In this document: positions 37,757 to 43,489 of the stretch, piece by piece
How positions within the stretch are numbered: the stretch's first letter is position 1
Layout of the letters: the number at the start of each line of letters is the position of its first letter
Source: a virus
IMG/VR virus record: IMGVR_UViG_3300045988_050672
Location: 1-43,489 of that record
Length of the DNA: 43,489 nucleotides
Direction: 5' to 3' (one strand)
The notes under the pieces: generated by a model
Told to the model about the DNA's origin: nothing
Database searches by the model: none
Seen by the model: the letters and a program-made list of their open reading frames with translations, nothing else
Made by a program: the position numbers and the translations under genes

Positions 37757-37890
37757 TTCTTTTCCTCCTCGTACTGCTCAATCCGGTAAGCAAGCCCCAT
37801 TCGTTCCAGATACGCTATAAGCGCCCTCGCCATGGAAACGGGGGTTTTCACGCGAATGAGCATGATTTTGTAAGTGGTATTGTCAATCAT
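37750..37890 (-). CDS. Small ORF, 46 aa
   Basis: MIDNTTYKIMLIRVKTPVSMARALIAYLERMGLAYRIEQYEEEKKC. GGGAG SD. Confidence 0.4.
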   Translation of the reverse strand: MIDNTTYKIMLIRVKTPVSMARALIAYLERMGLAYRIEQYEEEKKC

Positions 37891-38071
37891 AGGAAATCTC
37901 CCGCCATTCCTCCCGGCTGTCCATGCAGAGGTCGCAAATGGCATCGTCCCGGATTTTCCAGTATCTGTGTCCTACGGTTCTCCCGCAGCAGATGCACACC
38001 GGAATGCTGCTGTCCGTTGCCTGTGGATCGTACAAATAATCGTAATCCGGATTCACACCAACATCATCCAT
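37883..38071 (-). CDS. Small zinc-binding protein, 62 aa
   Basis: CICCG ... CDLC. ATG at 38071 with GGAGGAAGG 7 nt upstream. Confidence 0.5.
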   Translation of the reverse strand: MDDVGVNPDYDYLYDPQATDSSIPVCICCGRTVGHRYWKIRDDAICDLCMDSREEWREISYD

Positions 38072-38161
38072 TGACTTTCCTTCCTCCATTTGATATACTG
38101 TAAATGGTAGAGTTTTTATATCGCTTGCCGTCCCCGGTGCTGTAACATCGGGGGCGGCTTT

Positions 38162-38395
38162 TTATCGCCCTCTGATGCAACGCCCGATACCGGCACCCAT
38201 CAGGATGGCGCATACCCACATTGCGGGAACTGCCGCCTTGTCTGCCAGCAAATCGGCCTGCTGCCACCAGAAAAGCACCAGATTCAGCCCCGCATAGGGG
38301 AGAACATGGAAAACGCATTCCTTGATATTGAACGGCTTCCGGTTCTCCGGCACCGGCTCCCACCGGGCATCCACGGGCTTATTTCTGCTTGCCAT
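38162..38395 (-). CDS. Small membrane protein, 77 aa
   Basis: Two hydrophobic helices (LPYAGLNLVLFWW and AMWVCAILMGAGIG). AGGAGGTG SD. Confidence 0.55.
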   Translation of the reverse strand: MASRNKPVDARWEPVPENRKPFNIKECVFHVLPYAGLNLVLFWWQQADLLADKAAVPAMWVCAILMGAGIGRCIRGR

Positions 38396-38400
38396 ATCGT

Positions 38401-38577
38401 TCACCTCCTGTCGTGGTTTTTGTGGACTACATCGAAAAGCTCCACGTTCTCATCGTCAAACGCCTTGCGTTCCTCCGTTTCCATGCCCAAGGATTCCCGC
38501 AACTTAACGTTTTCCTCCCGCAAGCGGCGGAATATCTCCGCCACGGTGCGAAGCTGGGCAACCTCGTTCGGCATCAT
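38401..38577 (-). CDS. Small coiled-coil ORF, 58 aa (below the ORF-track cutoff)
   Basis: MMPNEVAQLRTVAEIFRRLREENVKLRESLGMETEERKAFDDENVELFDVVHKNHDRR. ATGA overlap with the upstream gene. Confidence 0.5.
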   Translation of the reverse strand: MMPNEVAQLRTVAEIFRRLREENVKLRESLGMETEERKAFDDENVELFDVVHKNHDRR

Positions 38578-39161
38578 TTGGATTTCTCCTTGTAGGGGCG
38601 AACCTCACTCGGATGAAGTACTTGTATGAAGCCGCTCTTGTCAACCAAGCCGAAACATCCGTCCTGCTGGATATTTATCAGCGTAACAATGTCACCGATG
38701 TCGAAACCGTGGTCAAACCTACCGCCCTTTACCGTGACAACGAACTTGTCCCCGATCTTCGGCTTGTCCTCCTTGCGCTTCTTCTCGAACAGCCGCTCAA
38801 CGGCGGCCCTCGCGCCCTCCGCTCTGCTGTAGGTATCCTTCGGATTGCACCGGGCTTCTGCGGTCTTCACGTCCCGCCCGCCCCGTTTCAGGGCGGCCGT
38901 GGTAATCATCCCGTCAAAGCGGAGTTCCACGGTGCAGGGTTCCCGCTCAGGCTCCGCAAGGCCGGAAATCATGCTATCATCCCAGCGCCAGCCGAATCCG
39001 ATATTTTCGCCGTAATCTTCCTCCATCCAGTATCCGGACAAAAGGCATTCTCTGATCGTCATAACTTTTCCCAGCCACTTGTCCATTTTCCCGAAATGGT
39101 GCATGTTATCGGTTCGGTGGTCTACAATCCGCACCTTATCCCCAACTTTGTATTTCGCCAT
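38574..39161 (-). CDS. Hypothetical early protein, 195 aa
   Basis: Repeated K(V/I)GDK(V/F)(R/V)(I/V) beta-barrel-like motifs at the N- and C-terminal parts. AAAGGAG SD. Confidence 0.6.
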   Translation of the reverse strand: MAKYKVGDKVRIVDHRTDNMHHFGKMDKWLGKVMTIRECLLSGYWMEEDYGENIGFGWRWDDSMISGLAEPEREPCTVELRFDGMITTAALKRGGRDVKTAEARCNPKDTYSRAEGARAAVERLFEKKRKEDKPKIGDKFVVTVKGGRFDHGFDIGDIVTLINIQQDGCFGLVDKSGFIQVLHPSEVRPYKEKSK

Positions 39162-39238
39162 AAATTACTCCTTTCAAAAGTTCGGCGCTCTGCCGTATGT
39201 CTCGCGGTAAATCCGCTCGTAGATGTCCGGCTGCTCTT

Positions 39239-39532
39239 TCATGAATGCTCTGACCCGCTGCCCAAGCTCCCGGATCGCGTTTGACCGAAGTAGCTCTGCT
39301 CGTACAGCTTGCAAATCTGCTCCGCTCTGGCCAGAAACTCGTCCACCTTCGGGGCGGTGTATCGAAGTGCCAGCGCGTCGCACAGCTGGGTCTTGGAGAT
39401 GATGAAGCCCTCGCTCCGAAGCTGCTGAATCAGCCAGTTGTTCCGAAGATTGTAGGTGTTCAGCGTCTGCCGGATATACTTTGCCAGTTTCTCCCGCTCC
39501 CCGTAAGACTGCGGGAGGTTCAGTTTTGCCAT
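39239..39532 (-). CDS. Cro-like HTH regulator, first gene of the early lytic operon, 97 aa (3' end uncertain)
   Basis: MAKLNLPQSYGEREKLAKYIRQTLNTYNLRNNWLIQQLRSEGFIISKTQLCDAL. ATG at 39532. Divergent from the CI-like gene. Confidence 0.55.
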   Translation of the reverse strand: MAKLNLPQSYGEREKLAKYIRQTLNTYNLRNNWLIQQLRSEGFIISKTQLCDALALRYTAPKVDEFLARAEQICKLYEQSYFGQTRSGSLGSGSEHS

Positions 39533-39730
39533 CCATTTGTCCCTCCTCCTTAGATGAAATCTCTGAACATTTTTTCCACAAAAGACTTGAAAATCTGAGT
39601 AGCGCATGGTATACTGAATTTGCCGAAACAATAAACCATCCGCTACTCGCCGGAGTTTGAATTTCCGAAAACTCGGATTTCATACCCCGTGATTTTCTGC
39701 ACCCTTTTTGGAATCGGTGTTCATGGGGCT

Positions 39731-39759
39731 ATTATAATTCACTTAGTTCACTTTGTCAA
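39731..39759 (-). promoter_or_regulatory. Early lytic promoter, perfect TTGACA-17-TATAAT
   Basis: -35 at 39754..39759 and -10 at 39731..39736 on the minus strand. Confidence 0.7.
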
Positions 39760-39804
39760 TAGCGAAAACGATATTTAATTCACTTTGTATAATTGTACAA
39801 AGTG
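39738..39804. promoter_or_regulatory. Operator set of the lysis-lysogeny switch
   Basis: TTCACTT(T/A)G half-sites at 39738, 39747 and 39779. Perfect inverted repeat CACTTTGTA-N6-TACAAAGTG at 39781..39804, spanning a plus-strand TATAAT (39787..39792). Confidence 0.6.
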
Positions 39805-39822
39805 TATGGAGGAAATTTAGCT

Positions 39823-40155
39823 ATGTTTTATGATAAGTTTTTGGAACTATGCAACCAAAAGAATAAGTCCCCTTCTGTAGTCGCTGATGAGTTGGGATTT
39901 GCGCGTTCATCAATCACAAAGTGGAAGAGTGGAGCAACGCTTAGGTCTGCGAACTTAAAACGTGTTTCCGACTACTTCGGCGTACCTGTCTCCTACTTCT
40001 CCGAAGAAGCCCCGGAAACAGAAAAAGCCCCGATGCCTAATGACATCGGGGAGGAAAATATTCTTCGGATGTACCGCTCTTTATCTACAGAGGAAAAGGG
40101 GGCATTGTACGCCTATGCCCTCTCCCTTAAAGACAAACAGAACGGAGGTAAATAG
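39823..40155 (+). CDS. CI-like repressor, XRE HTH only (no S24 peptidase domain), 110 aa
   Basis: MFYDKFLELCNQKNKSPSVVADELGFARSSITKWKSGATLRSANLKRVSDYFGV. GGAGGA SD. Confidence 0.75.
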   Translation: MFYDKFLELCNQKNKSPSVVADELGFARSSITKWKSGATLRSANLKRVSDYFGVPVSYFSEEAPETEKAPMPNDIGEENILRMYRSLSTEEKGALYAYALSLKDKQNGGK

Positions 40156-40156
40156 C

Positions 40157-40363
40157 ATGAAATTAGATTATGACGGATTTATGTTGTATGCGTCTATGCA
40201 CAACGAGGATGTTCTAAAGGACATTTTGAAATTCACAAGTGAATCTTGGAACGATGAGATCACTCTTTCACAGGATGACATTTCTCTGATTGTGAAGATT
40301 TCTCTTGCTTCAACAAAGGCCCTTCTTCGTCAGTATCACGAATGGGCAAATTCGCAGACCTGA
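40157..40363 (+). CDS. Hypothetical lysogeny-module protein, 68 aa
   Basis: ATG at 40157, 1 nt after the repressor stop, with GGAGG SD. Confidence 0.5.
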   Translation: MKLDYDGFMLYASMHNEDVLKDILKFTSESWNDEITLSQDDISLIVKISLASTKALLRQYHEWANSQT

Positions 40364-40420
40364 CACCCTTCTTGATAGCCTCAATGATTTCTTCCGTAGA
40401 AGTTACCGGCTTGCACATTT

Positions 40421-40597
40421 TTACACCTCCACAGTTGGTTTTTTGTTGGTTTCATCACTTATTATACCACAATCTGCGGTTTTATCAAGTGGTGGCCGTT
40501 TGGACAGCAGATCAGAAAGGAAGCGCAGAAGCCTCCGTTTGTTTTCGTCTGTTAATGTCCGGTAAACGCTGATAAAGCCCTTTTCGTCCGCTGTCAT
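40421..40597 (-). CDS. Hypothetical protein, 58 aa
   Basis: MTADEKGFISVYRTLTDENKRRLLRFLSDLL... AGGAGAGG SD. Confidence 0.4.
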   Translation of the reverse strand: MTADEKGFISVYRTLTDENKRRLLRFLSDLLSKRPPLDKTADCGIISDETNKKPTVEV

Positions 40598-40890
40598 TTC
40601 TACCTCTCCTTTACTTTTTATCATTATCGAACGCTTGTTCGGCTTGTGCGATAGTTATAACATACCATCTGTCCAATAAAACGGACTAATTAGGGGTTTT
40701 CAAAAAATTTTTTGAATCGCCCCGCCACCCGTGCCACAAGGTGACGGGGCTCGCCGCCGGAATGGTGTGTCCCTTACCTTTGGCTAGTATGATAATACTG
40801 TTTAGCCGGTGGTGACGTAAAGGTGCATCCGGGTAATTCAGTCGTTTTCAGCGTAATTCGTAGGATTTTTTCGGAAAGGGCGAGCAGAAA

Positions 40891-41520
40891 ATGGAAAAAC
40901 GGAAAATAATACAACAAATATCGACAATTTGTGATAATCTGCCCACAAAGATGAAATGGGCAAAGGAGGAACAGCACAAAACCAATCAGCAGATTATCGA
41001 CAGCACAGGGCTGAGTGAATCCATGGTTAAAAAGTTCTTCTCCGGCCACCTGGCGGGTCCAAGTATCTATGACGTGACCGCCATTGCCATTGACCTTGGT
41101 CTGTCCCTGGATGAGCTGATGGAGCTGTCCCCGCCGAAGCAAGACCAGAGTGTGGAAATCGAACGGCTGAAAACCGAAATTTCACACAAGGAAGAACTTA
41201 TCTCGGAAAAAGATAACGCCATCTCCCGGTTGGAAGAGCGCAGCCACATGATGGATAAAGAAATATCCGCCGTCCGGTATAACTGGAAGCATGTGACTTA
41301 TGGAGCCGCAGGGCTTGCGGTTCTGTTCGGCATCTTCCTTATGGTATATGTCTTTCTGGATATGCAAAACCCGAATCTTGGCCTGTTCCAGTCCGGCCAC
41401 GCCTCGCCGATCGTTTATGTCGCGGCCTTTTTCATTATCGGAACATGCCTGTATATCGTCCGAACTGTGATAAAGCGAAACGCAAAAAGGAGTAAACACG
41501 ATGCAAACAATACCAATTGA
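40891..41520 (+). CDS. Membrane-anchored XRE-type HTH protein (HTH, coiled coil, 2 TM), 209 aa
   Basis: TNQQIIDSTGLSESMVKKFFSG HTH. Coiled coil EIERLKTEISHKEELISEKDNAISRLEE. Hydrophobic helices GAAGLAVLFGIFLMVYVFL and IVYVAAFFIIGTCLYIV. Confidence 0.65.
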   Translation: MEKRKIIQQISTICDNLPTKMKWAKEEQHKTNQQIIDSTGLSESMVKKFFSGHLAGPSIYDVTAIAIDLGLSLDELMELSPPKQDQSVEIERLKTEISHKEELISEKDNAISRLEERSHMMDKEISAVRYNWKHVTYGAAGLAVLFGIFLMVYVFLDMQNPNLGLFQSGHASPIVYVAAFFIIGTCLYIVRTVIKRNAKRSKHDANNTN

Positions 41521-43162
41521 TCTATCGGCTCTTACGCCGGAGGAAAGACAGCAGTTTGCGGATAATCCCTCCGTTCTTTCATCGGACTGCGAGGCGGTCT
41601 GCTGCCTGTATATGCGCTACAGCTCCGACCGGCAGACAGAGCAGTCCATCGAAGGGCAGCTCCGGGAGCTGATAGCCTATTGCAAGCACCACAGCTATCG
41701 GGTTGCCGCCATTTATGTTGACCGGGCGATTTCCGCCCACGCAAGCATGGACAAGCGGCCAGCGTTCCAGCAGATGCTTGCTGACAGCGCCAGATCGTCA
41801 TGGAAAACCGTTTTGGTTTACAAACTGGACAGATTTGCCCGGAACAGGGAAGACAGCGCCATTGCCCGCATGCGGCTCCGTAAGAACGGCTGCAACGTGG
41901 AATCCGCGAAAGAGGGCATTTCCAAGAACCCCGAGGGTGTGATTCTGGAAGCCCTGCTGGAAGGTATGGCGGAATATTATTCTCTAGAGCTGTCCCAAAA
42001 AATAACCAGGGGAATGCGGGAATCTGCCATTAAGGGAAATTGTTTGGGCGGTCAAATCCCACTGGGATATAAAATTGAAAATAAAAAGTACGTCATTGAC
42101 CCCCTGACAGCCCCATTGGTGAAGGAAGCGTTTTCCCGATACGGTGACGGGGAAACAGCCGCCTCGATCTGCGCAGACTTCAACGCCAGGGGTTACAGGA
42201 CAGCAAGCGGCGCAGAATTCAACAAGAGCAGTTTCAAAAATATTTTCCGGAATGAGAAATATATAGGCGTATATAAGTACAAGGAAATGCGGCGGGAGGG
42301 CATCATCCCGCGAATTATTGCCGACGATGCGTGGATTGCCGTTCAATCCCGCTTGAAGGTTAACGAAGCTGCCCCTGCCCGTGGAAAAGCAAAAGTGGCG
42401 TATCTTCTTGCCGGAAAGATTTTCTGCGGTCACTGCGGCGCTCCAATGACAGGCGAGTGCGGGCGCGGAAAATCCGGGAAAATGTACAATTATTACTCCT
42501 GCGCGACCCGCAAGCATCATAACAGCTGTGAAAAAAAGCCAGTCCCGAAGGACTGGCTGGAAGATGTGGTAGCTCAGGACGCCCTTGACGTACTGACAGA
42601 CGAAATTATCGAATTTGTGGCAGAAGTAGCCGCCCAGCAGTCAGAGGAAGACATTCAGAAGAATACACAGATTCCGGTCATACGAAAAAAGATTTCTGAA
42701 ATTGAAAATAAAATCCGCAATCTGACGAAAGCGCTTGAATGTGCTTCCGTTGCGCCGGACGCTATTGTGGAAAGGCTTGCCGAATTGGAAGCCCAGAAAA
42801 AGGGGCTGTCTACACAACTATCCGATGAAGAACGCGGCGTGATTCCGCTCACAAAGGAGTCTGTCGTGGTTTATCTGAAAGCGGTAAGAGAAAAGGCGGT
42901 TCCGCTGGAAACCCAGAAAGCCATGCTTATTGAAATGCTTGTAAATTCCGTCACCGTTTACGATGATGAGCCGGGATTCCTGAAACTCGTGTACGCCTAC
43001 CGCCTGACGCAAATCCCCACGAGGACATATCGTGTGCCAATTCCCGCAAAAGTACCGTGTTCGGATTTTAGGACGCAACCTGCTCCATTGGACGCAAATC
43101 CGAACACAATTACCGTTGTGGGAATGGTTTTCATCCAAACCAGAAGACACGCCCTGCCTTGA
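41501..43162 (+). CDS. int: Large serine recombinase (integrase), 553 aa
   Basis: Resolvase catalytic region YMRYSSDRQ...VYKLDRFARN. Recombinase domain. Zinc ribbon CGHCGAPM...YYSC. C-terminal coiled coil. Confidence 0.9.
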   Translation: MQTIPIDLSALTPEERQQFADNPSVLSSDCEAVCCLYMRYSSDRQTEQSIEGQLRELIAYCKHHSYRVAAIYVDRAISAHASMDKRPAFQQMLADSARSSWKTVLVYKLDRFARNREDSAIARMRLRKNGCNVESAKEGISKNPEGVILEALLEGMAEYYSLELSQKITRGMRESAIKGNCLGGQIPLGYKIENKKYVIDPLTAPLVKEAFSRYGDGETAASICADFNARGYRTASGAEFNKSSFKNIFRNEKYIGVYKYKEMRREGIIPRIIADDAWIAVQSRLKVNEAAPARGKAKVAYLLAGKIFCGHCGAPMTGECGRGKSGKMYNYYSCATRKHHNSCEKKPVPKDWLEDVVAQDALDVLTDEIIEFVAEVAAQQSEEDIQKNTQIPVIRKKISEIENKIRNLTKALECASVAPDAIVERLAELEAQKKGLSTQLSDEERGVIPLTKESVVVYLKAVREKAVPLETQKAMLIEMLVNSVTVYDDEPGFLKLVYAYRLTQIPTRTYRVPIPAKVPCSDFRTQPAPLDANPNTITVVGMVFIQTRRHALP

Positions 43163-43190
43163 TTGGCAGGGCGTGTTTCTTTATTTTTTA
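43147..43190. terminator. Bidirectional intrinsic terminator between int and the cargo operon
   Basis: 12-bp stem ACACGCCCTGCC/GGCAGGGCGTGT with the int stop codon in the loop. T-rich on the plus side. Confidence 0.75.
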
Positions 43191-43489
43191 TACATACCCT
43201 GCACCACTCCGACGTTCTCCGCCCGCTCAATATCTCGCTTGTGCAGGTACTCATAGACGGCCATCATGGCCGCAGGCGGTTCGCCCTTCTGCTTGCGGTA
43301 TTCCTCAATGTGGGAAACAACGGCCTTGTGCAGGGCGTTCATGTGGTTCATTTCCTCCCCGCTCAGCCTGTAAAACAGGTCTGCCAGTTCCGGGTCGTCG
43401 TGCTTGTATTCCACGGCCAGCTCTGCGTAGGTGTGCGCGTCCTCCAGCTCATCCTCAATGTGCTCCATCAGCAGTTTGATTTCTTTCAT
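43181..43489 (-). CDS. Small all-helical protein with EExxH motif (ferritin/rubrerythrin-like guess), 102 aa, last gene of the cargo operon
   Basis: LEDAHTYAELA...LSGEEMNHMNALHKAV. ATG at 43489 (equivalent to position 77) with AGGAGGG upstream at 85..91. Confidence 0.6.
   Translation of the reverse strand: MKEIKLLMEHIEDELEDAHTYAELAVEYKHDDPELADLFYRLSGEEMNHMNALHKAVVSHIEEYRKQKGEPPAAMMAVYEYLHKRDIERAENVGVVQGMYKK
43413..43489. repeat. Terminal direct repeat identical to 1..77
   Basis: See feature 1..77. Confidence 0.95.

Noticed and set aside
38127-38164. GC-rich hairpin GCCGTCCCCG/CGGGGGCGGC with a T-run, a possible terminator inside the early operon.
   Set aside because: The U-tract is only on the plus strand, where nothing is transcribed upstream. 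On the coding (minus) strand it lacks a U-tract. At most it is an RNA-stability or processing hairpin.
40260-40418. 52-aa minus-strand ORF with a good SD (GGAGGTG-N5-ATG) downstream of the 58-aa gene.
   Set aside because: About 100 nt of it is antisense to the more protein-like plus-strand 68-aa ORF (40157..40363). Only its first ~18 codons are non-overlapping. This is not resolvable from sequence alone.
40774-41142. 122-aa minus-strand ORF.
   Set aside because: It is antisense to the membrane-anchored HTH gene, which has clear domain structure. It has no SD.

Overview
The window is one complete temperate siphovirus-type phage genome. Its first 77 nt are identical to its last 77 nt, so the unique length is 43,412 bp and the contig closes on itself. 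Holin and lysis gene families and GGAGG ribosome-binding sites suggest a Firmicutes/Clostridia host. Almost all genes are on the minus strand. Read in the minus direction from about 39.5 kb, the order is: cro-like early operon, Rad52-type annealase plus YqaJ exonuclease, HNH, SSB, RusA, DUF4373-type replication organiser, a C5 DNA methyltransferase, two Lar-like genes, an ASCH protein and many small Cys-rich ORFs. Then come terS, a 4.9-kb accessory island, terL, an RHH/antirepressor cassette, portal, a 0.6-kb RNA-rich gap with tRNA-Asn, scaffold, capsid, neck, major tail, G/GT chaperones, tape measure, tail tip and fibres, endolysin/XhlA/holin, and a three-gene cargo operon. The plus-strand lysogeny module (39.8-43.2 kb) holds a CI-like repressor, a membrane-anchored HTH protein and a large serine integrase. 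The most unusual region is the island between terS and terL. It has two divergent operons driven by near-identical promoter/operator copies, and each operon ends in a paralogous 21-22 aa hydrophobic micropeptide. Between them lies an ORF-free, strongly self-complementary locus of about 0.4 kb, bracketed by face-to-face consensus promoters and strand-specific terminators. Other notable points are a circularly permuted m5C methyltransferase, a one-directional AGTCGC motif array next to terS, a tail-fibre ORF with no canonical start that is in frame with an upstream ORF across a single TGA, a tRNA-like element, and a 12-mer shared by three late-region terminators. Family names come from motif recognition by eye; no searches were run.
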